A DNA stretch of 64,000 nt, from contig OZ260661.1 of the NCBI GenBank assembly GCA_965285935.1, positions 51,956,001 to 52,020,000 of the forward strand, read 5' to 3'. Source of the DNA: Ophelia neglecta. Taxonomy: Eukaryota. Both the position numbers and the translations under genes were made by a program. A model generated the notes under the pieces. The model searched no databases. It saw nothing but the letters and a program-made list of their open reading frames with translations, and was not told the origin of the DNA. Positions 1 to 10,198 of the stretch are shown piece by piece; position 1 is the first letter of the stretch; every line of letters starts with the position of its first letter.

Positions 1-95
1 CTGTCTACCTTAGTTTAGAAGTTGCTGGCTTTATTTTATCTTTGCGTACCTATTCATGTTCTAATAGCTGTAATGCTTGTTGTTTGGTGTCCTAG

Positions 96-230
96 GGTTA
101 TCACAAGTCTAAGGCCTACATAGCCGCCCAGGGCCCTCTGCCAGCCACCTTCACTGACTTCTGGAGGATGATCTGGGAACAGAACTCAACAGTCATCGTC
201 ATGATCACCAACCTCACAGAGAGAGGCAGA
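96..230 (+). CDS. Ptp99A: Receptor-type protein tyrosine phosphatase, R5 group (PTPRG/PTPRZ1/Ptp99A-like); first exon in window, D1 domain (gene starts upstream of window)
   Basis: cctAG acceptor and GT donor at 231; 135 nt translating to [45 protein letters not shown] (YIAxQGP and [12 protein letters not shown] motifs). The 10 exons listed join in frame. The symbol reflects subfamily likeness, not proven orthology. Confidence 0.93.
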
Positions 231-482
231 GTGCGTGCATTTTATCAACCATATAGCAGCACAGTTTGTGCTGCGATATAAACTAAATGATTAAATGAGC
301 CGTTTAATTATTGATCAATTAGTAATTAGTTGGTTAATGCATTTGTTTATTTCCTCCCCTTGATTACTATTGCTAATCTAAACCAATAAACCTCTAAAAT
401 GTATGACATGTGATATATTGAATTGCCAAACAGCTGTAGTACTTGACTGCTTTGATGTATATTGTTTTTTCCTATCTTGCAG

Positions 483-617
483 AGAAAATGTGACCAGTAT
501 TGGCCAAACGAGGGAGAGCACTTGTATGGCTGTATGTGTGTGAAACTCCTAAACACCTACACCATGGCACACTACACCGTCAGAATGTTTTCTTTAAAAA
601 ATGTCAAACTCAAAAAG
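483..617 (+). CDS. Ptp99A: RPTP exon, D1 (KCxQYWP motif)
   Basis: cttgcAG acceptor, AAG|GTAAAG donor; RKCDQYWPNEGEHLYG...KNVKLKK, 135 nt. Confidence 0.93.
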
Positions 618-908
618 GTAAAGAGCCCCTCTGTGACCAAATCTGATGAGAGGTTTTAGGGACTGCAATTGTTTGATTTGTTGTTGTATTATATTGGCAC
701 TGAGACAGTGTTTCTTTCAGGCATGTCAGGCAATTCATATTTCATCTATAGACGGTAAAAATTGCTATATTCAAAGATATTAAGTTTATAAATTATTGCT
801 ATGTTAGCTAACAGGAAACAAAATTTGATTGTAACTGAAAGTTTAAAGAAGCAGCTAAGAACAATTGGTTTATATGCTATTTGAAGTGTATTAAATTTGA
901 TTTTGTAG

Positions 909-1057
909 AAGTCTGGTGAGCGTGTTGTGTATCAGTACCACTACACAGACTGGCCAGATCATGGGGTCCCGGACTTCACACTGCCCACACTCACATTTAT
1001 ACGCAAGTCGACTGCAGCTAGTCTGTCCGAGTCTGGACCCATTATTGTACACTGCAG
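909..1057 (+). CDS. Ptp99A: RPTP exon, D1 (WPD loop and start of the HCSAG motif)
   Basis: ttttgtAG acceptor, CAG|GTAAAC donor; [21 protein letters not shown]...GPIIVHC(S), phase 2. Confidence 0.95.
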
Positions 1058-1647
1058 GTAAACAGTTTGTTATGTAACTCTTCACATATAGCTGCAAAGT
1101 TGGGCTTTATGTCTCTCCATCTAGGACTTAAAATGTAACTCTGTGGCACTGAATGAGCCGAGGCTGTCCCATTTAAACAAAAGGTGAGGAGACTGTTTGC
1201 CTAGGGTGGCAGATTGATGGGTGGGGCGCTCTTGGATGCTTACACCCCTGGGCAACAATATAGAGTGATACACATACTTATATATGTTAAATAAAGATTG
1301 ACTCTGTGCATGCCCCCCTCCCCCAACCATCCACTCGCATTCCTTAGCCACCCCAAATACTTTTATTGGGTAACCAATTTTTGAACAGATACAATTTTTA
1401 ATAATTGATAAATGACATTTTACAATTCTTTATTTGCAAATAAATGCAATAACTATAAAAAGTAAGCTTTTTGGCAATGAACAGGGAGTGCAAACATTAA
1501 TAAAATATAAATTACTTATGACAGGAAGTGATTGGAAGAGGAAGTTAACCGACCAGCAGAGCAAACTGTCAGCTTGTAATGAAAAGTATGCTGTATATTA
1601 AAGTGCATTTGATAAAAGAATTATATGTGTGTATATTTGTGTTTCAG

Positions 1648-1783
1648 TGCTGGTGTGGGAAGAACTGGGACATACATAGTAATCGACAGTATGATACGCC
1701 AGGTCAAAGACAAAGGAACCATCAATATTTATAGCTTTTTGTCCCATATACGCAACCAGAGAAATTATCTAGTCCAAACAGAG
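1648..1783 (+). CDS. Ptp99A: RPTP exon, D1 catalytic P-loop and Q-loop
   Basis: gtttcAG acceptor, GAG|GTAATT donor; (S)[15 protein letters not shown]...[12 protein letters not shown] completes [11 protein letters not shown]. Confidence 0.95.
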
Positions 1784-2789
1784 GTAATTAGATCAACAAA
1801 AATGTTATGTAATGGGCCCTCATACGGGTCTACTGCAGCTCACATTACTGTGCATCTAATCTTTTAAACCACCTATGATCATCTACGGACCGTACTCGTT
1901 TGGTATCAGGATGGAAACGTACTTCCCCATTACATGTATTGTGTGCTGCACACTTTGGCACATCTGTGCTGTCATTTGTTTGCCTGGCATGTTTCTCTTT
2001 TTTCCTGCAAATGACTTTTATGCTGGTATTTATGGACTGCCATAAGAAATTTTGCAGAAAGTATTCCAGATGAGTGGAGGGTGGTGATCCACTGGTCCAG
2101 GTACTTGTCTGGTAGTTGTGAAGTCCATACAAGATTACAGCTTGCCCAGGTCATCGGCAGGACACAGCATAAAGCGTGACTTTAATGAAGTTTTACCTGT
2201 CGTCTGCTTACAATATTGTCTTATTGACATGCATCGAAACACCCTGTAACAAAATAAATCACGTGGCCCAGGTCATCATGCTGAACTGTTTTTCATGCTT
2301 TGGATCATGACCCACTACTGTCCTTTATCGACCTATGAGCATTAGGAAATGTACATTAATTAGTACCTGTCAAGTATCCCACCTTGGGAAGTTGGTAGTT
2401 TTTGACACTTGCTCAGCTTTCTTTTATCCTGTCCCAGAAGTATAAATGGCACAGGTGAATGTGGGCAAGACCTTGTTGGTACTCATTTTGAAGTAGTAGT
2501 GGCTTGAATACTAACAGTTACACCAACTATGAACATAGAGTAGTAACAAAACCTGCTTGAGCTTGATGTCTTCACTCCTACAGTTTTACAATCATCATGA
2601 CAGGGACCATCATAGAATATTGTTATTCCTAGTCACAGTAAAATCCAATTTACTTTTTATCTAACTTCTAGTTTTCTTTCTGAGTAACATGTTGAATTTT
2701 TTTTTAGCAAATTTACACTCAAAGCTTACAAAGTTACAAAACTTACAAAGCTCCATTTGCCATGTTTAAAATGTGTTTTTTCCTGTCAG

Positions 2790-2936
2790 GATCAGTATAT
2801 ATTTACCCATGATGCCATGCTGGAGTTTCTTGACAGCGGTGAGACGGAGGTGAAGGATTGTAATCTCTCCCAGTATCTGGAGGAGCTAGTCAACGAGGGA
2901 AAGCCAGGAACCTCACTATTATCTAAACATTATACA
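2790..2936 (+). CDS. Ptp99A: RPTP exon, end of D1 and D1-D2 linker
   Basis: cctgtcAG acceptor, ACA|GTCAGT donor; DQYIFTHDAMLEFLDSGETEV..., 147 nt. Confidence 0.92.
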
Positions 2937-3298
2937 GTCAGTATCTGCATGCATCCAGTTCACTTATGGCTACTCCATATTGAAATATGCAGGGCTGTGG
3001 GTCTGGGAAAAGAGTGTATCTCTTCTAGCAACACCCACTCTATACCTAAATTGTAACCACCACATGAAACTCTCCAGGCCCCAGTCCATTTCAATCTACA
3101 CATTTTTCAAGCTTCAAATTTACCCTGTGTATTTTTAATGGATTAGCTTAATGTGTTTTTTAACTGGTCACATTATAACAAAAGAGTAGAGTTTCAGAGT
3201 ATATATGGTGCAAAGTTACACAAGTTCTGTGAAAGCTGGGTCAACTTGGAATTTATTTACTATGTATGTAGACTGATTTCTGTATTTTACCTTTCTAG

Positions 3299-3469
3299 CT
3301 GGTAACCAATTTCAGTCCCAAAGATTATCAATTATCATCTGCCTTGCTGGAGGTAAATAAGGACAAGAACCGCTCATCTGACTTACTTCCTGTTGAACTC
3401 TCCAGAGTGCGACTCCCTATCAGACCCGGTGTAGATGGCTCGGATTACATTAACGCTTCATTCCTTCAT
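3299..3469 (+). CDS. Ptp99A: RPTP exon, start of D2
   Basis: ctttctAG acceptor, CAT|GTAGGT donor; LVTNFSPKDY...NKDKNRSSDLLPVELSRVRLPIRPGVDGSDYINASFLH, 171 nt. Confidence 0.93.
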
Positions 3470-3747
3470 GTAGGTTTTTTCTCTCAGAGTGTATACCTAG
3501 GTCTTTAGTCTTTTCCCTACAACTGTGTGTACATGAATCAAAAGTACCTCCATAACTCTTACCTGAGATCCATTAAGCCCATTGACTCTGCTCTGACAGG
3601 TCAGATATCTTTTTAGATCTACTTTGTAGTGTAAGTAAACATTTTGACCAATTGGGCAGCTCGCACTTTGTTGTGTTTGGTCTAAGACTTTGACTATCAG
3701 GATAGAAAAACACCAATTATAATACATTTGCATTCTGATTGCTTCAG

Positions 3748-3876
3748 GGTTATAATAAAAACGAGGAGTTTATAGTTACTCAGCACCCGATGGCAGCTAC
3801 AGGAGAAGATTTCTGGAGGATGGTTTGGGACCAGAATTCCATGACTATTGTTCTACTCTCACAAATAAAAAGCCAG
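3748..3876 (+). CDS. Ptp99A: RPTP exon, D2
   Basis: gcttcAG acceptor, CAG|GTAATA donor; GYNKNEEFIVTQHPMAATGEDFWRMVWDQNSMTIVLLS (TQHP is typical of R5 D2). Confidence 0.93.
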
Positions 3877-3990
3877 GTAATAATTTTCTGGGTTTGTATA
3901 AATTGGTTAGAAATGGTGTATTTATTCTTGGTGTTTAGTAAACCAGCATACAAGTCAGGAGTTGCTAGTTATTATCCTTATTGTTGTGGC

Positions 3991-4299
3991 ACCACCAATG
4001 CGTGGCCGAGTGGTAAGGGTGTCTGCTTCGCAAGTGGTAGATCGGGATTCGAATCCCGATCGTGTCAAACCCAAGATGTAAAAATAGGTACTGATAGCTC
4101 CCCTGCCAGGCGCCCGGTATTTTGGGGGTAGTATCAGGATTGGTCAACCTGGTGTCAGTATAATGTGACTGGGTGGGGTTCCCTGTCTGGTGTCTCAGCA
4201 GGTACTCCAGTGAAGCAGCACTGTAAAGAGGGCATTGGGCCCACTGTCACAAGTAGGCACCATGGCGATATGACTATATAAGTGTTGAAAGCCATGTTA
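3991..4299 (+). mobile_element. tRNA-derived SINE, Meta/MESC-domain-like, in an RPTP intron
   Basis: Pol III A box TGGCCGAGTGG (4003-4013) and B box GATTCGAATCC (4046-4056). Central CCCTGCCAGGCGCC...GGTGTCAGTATAATGTGACTGGGTG resembles the Meta domain as I recall it; LINE-like tail GTGTTGAAAGCCATGTTA. Confidence 0.8.
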
Positions 4300-5193
4300 T
4301 GGATATTCCTATACAAAGGTGGAAAAGGACCCAGAAAAGTTTACATTGTCCTGGGATTTGAATATAGAGAGAGAAACATGCACCTCCACAATTACATTAG
4401 ATATTAACGCAGGATCGTGGATACTACTACAGTATCAGATAGTATATGATCTCATAGATTAAATAAAGAATCAAATGAAACCAATGGATTTATCCCATTC
4501 TGAGTGTGTTCTGTCAGGCCATGAACTCTCAATACTCCTGTGCGATGTTGGTTCGTAAGGCGCTGATCTGTCCTGCTAAGCCCCACACCACCTACACCCT
4601 TCCCTCCCTTTAAGATTTAATGGCCACAAAAACCCTGGCATTACAGATGATAGAGATACTGTAATTTGTGCCATTAAATACTCTTTCATAGTTACTTATG
4701 AAGAAATAAATATAACATTCAATAAAATCATGGTTTGGATCCACACTGGTCGGTATACATGATTTTAAATAGAATGCCTAGTGTAGCCCTTTGCAAGAAA
4801 TGCAGTCAGTGCACGGAACTAAGCAGTCATGATATTTACCTTTTAAGCTATGGTTTGGCATGCTTGATTACATGGCAGCTTCCTCCAGGGGAATTATGAT
4901 AACACCTTTGCCATTAAGACTCCCACATAAAGTTATCTGGCTTGTACAGTTCATTATCACTCTGCTCTACTTAATTAAACCATTCAACTTGTGGAAAACT
5001 TCCAACTTTATTATTTCCCGATGGAGATAGTTTACGACTTCCTTTAACGGTTTCCTTCCTTTATGCCTTTGCACATCATTAATTTTATTCAGTAAATTAG
5101 GGTCTTTTATTTACATAATGTTTGCACAGAGCCAACTTACTTCATACACAAGATTTTACTCTGACATTTCTTTATCATTTTTAATTTTGTCAG

Positions 5194-5319
5194 GAATACT
5201 CGGCATTTTGGCCTGGAAAAGAGGAAACTGTGGAATATGGGAATTTTAAAGTGACATTTGTAGATGACAATCACCAATTGAATCACGTGGCCAGAGACTT
5301 TATCTTACAGTCTACGCAA
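5194..5319 (+). CDS. Ptp99A: RPTP exon, D2
   Basis: ttttgtcAG acceptor, CAA|GTAAGA donor; EYSAFWPGKEETVEYGNFKVTF...RDFILQSTQ, 126 nt. Confidence 0.92.
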
Positions 5320-5491
5320 GTAAGATATGTTTTAATATCAATTTGTTCAACTAGAATTAATAGTATTTTTTGAAGTTGACTTGTTTCAAGTAGTAGTGAT
5401 CTATATATTTATCATTATGACTTACTTTTTCATTCAATAATTGAATATTTGTTGACAGTTTATACATTTAGATGCCCTACATTTGTTTTAG

Positions 5492-5779
5492 GATGATTAT
5501 GAATGCACCACGAGGATGATCTCAACTTCATACTGGCCAGAAAGCTGCTCACCCCTAAACACAGTATTTGAATTGATCCAGACTGTTAAACAATGGCATC
5601 ACCAGCATGAAGAAGTGGAAGGTCCCATTATAGTTGTAGATAAGTTTGGTGGTACCAGTGCAGCCACTTTCTGTGCCCTTATGACCCTGTTTGACCAGAT
5701 GCATCATGAAGCATGTGTGGACATCTACTATGTAGCAAAATTGTACCACATGAAAAGGCCTGGGATTTGGCCGAAAAAG
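5492..5779 (+). CDS. Ptp99A: RPTP exon, D2 pseudo-catalytic motif (Cys replaced by Asp)
   Basis: gttttAG acceptor, AAG|GTGAGA donor; DDYECTTRMIS...GPIIVVDKFGGTSAATFCAL...KRPGIWPKK. Asp at the D2 nucleophile position is the known hallmark of PTPgamma/zeta and Ptp99A. Confidence 0.93.
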
Positions 5780-6437
5780 GTGAGACTAGTTTTTTACCCT
5801 TCACTTTCCAGAAGAATTTGTGAGTATCTATTGGATAATTAATTAATGGATACCAAACTGTGGTTGGGTTTAAAATTTATACCATATTTTCTGTCCAATT
5901 CTTCTTTACTATTTTACAGAATGTTCTTTTTTTAATATGAAAGAATTTGATGGAAAATCTATTTAGTTGAATATTTATTTAATAAGAAATGTCATATTCT
6001 ACTTAATAAATATCAGCTAGTTTCATGTCCTATGTCAAAAGTGAAGATCATAGGTTTCTTTAGATTTTCCCATTGGGGTCTATGCAGGACACATATTAAC
6101 CATTCAGGGAATTTTGCTTTACTTTTGATAAAATACTCATTTATGAAATGTGCAGGCATGCAATTTGACCTTGACATACTAAAGATAAGAGGGTGCAAGG
6201 TCAAGTTTTTAAGTGTTTGTATCTCCTATTCCATATATCTTATGAAGTGGCCTGTGTACAGAAATCCCTTTACTTAGTCAGAAATCTGTGTTAACATTTC
6301 CCGACTTGGCCTCAATTCCGAGGCACAGCATAGCTGTTTGAGACCACCCCTTAATGGAAGCATTTCTTCCAAAATATTTGATTTTACCAATTCTGTACAT
6401 ATTTGCATAAAACTGAATTATAATGCACTTTTTCTAG

Positions 6438-6614
6438 GAGGACTACCATTTTTTGTACAAGGCAATAGAGAGTTTATGTGAGGAAGCAAGTATACCTGGG
6501 GAGAGAGATTCTGGTATTGGTAACTGTTCTAACTATCCGGCCAGTCTGCCTCCTGCCCTGACACACTCCAACAGTCGGCACTCTGCCATCAAACAGGAAA
6601 CTACTACCATGTAA
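6438..6614 (+). CDS. Ptp99A: RPTP last coding exon; C-terminus ETTTM (class I PDZ-ligand-like)
   Basis: ttttctAG acceptor; EDYHFLYKAIESLCEE...SRHSAIKQETTTM then TAA at 6612-6614. Confidence 0.9.
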   Translation, partial: EDYHFLYKAIESLCEEASIPGERDSGIGNCSNYPASLPPALTHSNSRHSAIKQETTTM

Positions 6615-7035
6615 AATGTCGGCAGTCAACATTCTGCTATCTAACGGAAAACAATCTGCCATCTAACAGAAAACTACTATCTTGTGGAATGTGTCGGCAG
6701 TCATCACTCTGCTATCAAGTGAAAACTACTACCATGTGATGACCGTCTGCAGTCATCACTCTGCTATCATGTGAAAACTACTACCATGTGAAGTGTGTCT
6801 GCAGTCATCACTCTGCTATCAAGTGAAAACTACTACCATGTGAAGTGCGTCTGCAGTCAGCACTCTACTATCAACTGAAAACTACTGAAAACTACTACAT
6901 GTGATGACCGTCTGCAGTCAGCACTCTACTATCAACTGAAAACTACTACCATGTAAAGTGTGCCTGCAGTCAACATTTTGCCATCAAACAAAAAACACTA
7001 GGCCTGGAGTACTACCAAGGGAAGTGTGTCTGCAG
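6572..7035 (+). repeat. ~52-bp minisatellite (~8 units) whose first unit is the RPTP C-terminal coding sequence plus stop
   Basis: Consensus CAGTCATCACTCTGCTATCAAGTGAAAACTACTACCATGTGAAGTGTGTCTG read directly from the sequence. Confidence 0.92.
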
Positions 7036-9693
7036 GGAGCCATACAGCATGCCTAGGATCAAGTAGTTCAGTGGAAAGCTTGTGTCCCAATTTTCCAACC
7101 CATGGTGGTCTTACCTATGTTGCTAGAATAGTTAGTTTTGGGAGATTATTTTGATTCTGTGCAAGTGTCCAATAATACTGAACTGATCAGTGTAATTACT
7201 TATGTTCAATATGCACTGAGCAACACTCCTGTTGAAATTTAAAGTCACATGACTGACACACTGGTTAAAGGTGATAGAATCAATCAAGATTTGTTTTGCT
7301 GCTAAAATTACCACATTTCTTAAAGTCTATTTTGTGACTTCACTTACATGAATGTGTAATTTTGATGACATTACTTTCTATGAAAGAAGTAAAAAACATT
7401 GTACTTAAATTCTCCATTATTCACAACTTATATGCTTCAGATTGTTTTAACATTTTTTATCTGAAACAGTGATGCAGAACATACGAGTACTATCCTAACA
7501 TGAAAAGTTCATAATTACCGGTACAGTATATGAGAAATTGCACCTCGCTGCTGAATGATTAGTCTGCTTATGACAATATGACAATATGACATGATAAGGT
7601 AATTCAGTCCCATGTTATCTCTTGCCAGTCATCCAGGAGATTACCAGTACCTCACTGTTGCAGATTATTGCATCTCTTCCCTAAACTTGTGTATATCAAA
7701 GTTATCCCAATGCAAACACTAGAGCACTTTTAAATTCACTATTTGCTAAAGAGGAAGTTTTAATAAGGTTTAACATGTAAAATGAATACCAGGATACTCT
7801 GTGGCACTCTTTTGTTTAGGAATATGTATTAACTAAATATTCATGTAGACCTGCTGATTACATGAATGAAAACCTTGACTTGTTGCAACATAGCATTTAT
7901 TTGTCCCTTCAATTGTTTCTGATATGAAAAACAGGTATTGTAATTACTAGATGATGATATGTAGCCATGTATTTTCTTATTCAATATCATATTTATTTAT
8001 AGTAGAAAAATCAAATGGTCCCATTAACTTTTTAATATACAATTATCAAGACAGCAGCTAGATTTGATTCACTTGCAGGTGTTGTCTCACAGTTTCAAAC
8101 TACACATATACTTAATGTTAAAAATAACAGGGCAATACTGTCATAGTGGATGAAAGAGGAAAAAAGTTTATATCCATATATGTATGTATCTTGTGTGGGT
8201 AGATGACCATATGATAACAATTAGTCAAGGTGTGGTGTATATGTCTGCTTCTGTGTCTGTATTTGTACACTGTAAAATATACAGTAGGGAAAGCATGCAT
8301 TAGTCACACCATGTGTAGCCCACTGGTAGATTTCAATCCATCCTAGGACTTTTGGTGTCCATGGCTTGAACCATAGACAGAGTTTGTAGTGTGTAGGCTG
8401 TGACTGGCCAGAGTAACATGTTCTATGGTGGTGCTATCTTAAAGTCATTTGACTCCACAACTCTGTACATACCGTACTCCTCTCACCAGTTCATTGTATA
8501 GGCCTTCACTGTCTTTATAAATGCTGATAGTTTTAATATATTACAGTATCTGCTAATATACATATTAAGCATAAATTACTATGTTTTTTGCCAGGAATGC
8601 AGGTTTGATATAAACATCAGATATCGGGTGAAATTTGCTTAGGGTACCAAAAAGGTGGCCACATGGAGCAAAAAATGAAATAAGAAAATGCATGAAATAA
8701 TGTAGGTAACATTAAAGTAGACGGAATTTTCTTTCAAAATAATCCACAGTTGGGATAACTACGTTCTTTGTTGTGGTGCACAGCAAGCCTAAAGAGGGAA
8801 CCCTCCAAAATGAGTTTTTGTGGTCTACGGACGTGACAATGTGAACAATTGGCTTGTTTATCTATGCAGGACACATATAGAAATAACTTATTTTCATGGA
8901 TGCCAAGTTGTAGTCACAAATTAACGGTCAACCTAATATTTAAGACCAAAGTTTATTAGTATAAACTCATAAATTCACTGCTAATCAATCAATTAATATT
9001 GAACAAGGATTTAGAATCCTGCGAAATGCTACATTTTAGATCAACCTTAATATATCTTTTCCTGCACACAAAGCCAACTTGTTTACCCTGTATAAATGTT
9101 TCAAATTATTACTTTATAGTTCAGTAGGGTTATGTAAGCAATGGTCTTTCAGTATCATAATTAGTCAGATGATGTCAAACCTATCCCTATAATGCTGTTC
9201 ATAATTGCGAAAAAAAGTCTACGGACGTGACACTACTTTAGTGCAAATACCTGCTTCAAAATTGGAAAATTGGTTTTTCCTTATACTTTATTCTGCTAGA
9301 AACTAACTTGCTTTGGGCCCCCAAAACACTCAAGAACTATTTTTGTGCCTAAAATTTCACAAAATCTTAATTTATTGCTGTCTACGGACATGACACATCC
9401 TCATCTACAAAATATCAACAATTAAATCAATAATGCTAAAATTACCTAATTAGTATACATAGTATTAAATACAGAAGCTTTTTTGGTTCTTTCTAACTTT
9501 CTTAACTAGCTGCATGTGCTTATACGTACTTTGTTAGATTGAATTGACACCTTTTGGTACTATAGAGGTACCTCTGCCATGATGAAAAACCTGAAAACAT
9601 ACCTATTTCCAATTTTAGCCTAAGGAAACGCTTAAACCTAATTGATGAAATTCTTATTAATCTATAGTGTCATGCATTGCATGGATGTTAATT

Positions 9694-9933
9694 CTAGAGT
9701 TTTTGGAGTTTTTGTTTCACTGCCAGTATGTCCTTGGCATCAAATCTGTATCTCATTCTGTTGTTTGTGCTTCTTGGGTCGAGATCAGGTGGAGTGATCA
9801 CATCCACTATATTGTTTATGGGTTCCCAAGAGGTGTCACTTGGTTCGGGCCATTGGTATATATGTGAGCCGCTTCTGGTCTCCTTCATGTAGCTTAGGTG
9901 ATAAACTTCTTCTTCATCGTCATATGATAGAAT
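9694..9933 (-). CDS. Transposase coding exon 3 (C-terminus)
   Basis: Acceptor catttccAG (9935-9934), 92-nt intron; ILSYDDEEEVYHLSYMKETRSGSHIYQWPEPSDTSWEPINNIVDVITPP...KLQKL*. Joined CDS is 2856 nt, or 951 aa. Confidence 0.78.
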   Translation of the reverse strand: MLSYDDEEEVYHLSYMKETRSGSHIYQWPEPSDTSWEPINNIVDVITPPDLDPRSTNNRMRYRFDAKDILAVKQKLQKL

Positions 9934-10025
9934 CTGGAAATGGTAATAAATCATTAAGTAGTTTCTACATTAGGAAGTATTTGTTTTTCATCTATTCGAA
10001 GTATATTGAATTTTCAAATACATAC

Positions 10026-10101
10026 TTTTGCTACGAACAGCTTTGGCTTTCTTCTAACCGTCATTATACGCACTCCAACGAAATCCCCTTCACCAGGCAG
10101 T
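10026..10101 (-). CDS. Transposase coding exon 2 (start of Tudor/chromo-barrel-like domain)
   Basis: Acceptor aaactccAG (10103-10102), donor AAA|GTATGT (10025); 76 nt keeps frame: (K)LPGEGDFVGVRIMTVRRKPKLFVAK; 97-nt upstream intron. Confidence 0.75.
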
Positions 10102-10198
10102 CTGGAGTTTGTAAATAGTGGGTTTGGTTATTTGAATCTATTTAGAGTAAATTGAAACTTAATCAAAAGGATATATTACGTAGTTTATCTTGACTTAC

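Noticed and set aside
1810-1925. Extra copy of the transposon motif (TCTACGGAC) or a CR1 tail in the PTP intron
   Set aside because: Only a 9-bp match and a very weak peptide resemblance.
3995-4065. tRNA gene
   Set aside because: A and B boxes are present, but I see no proper acceptor stem or poly-T terminator, and the sequence continues into a SINE body.
6572-7035. CRISPR-like array
   Set aside because: Units are contiguous tandem copies without unique spacers, there are no cas genes, and the context is an intron-containing eukaryotic gene.
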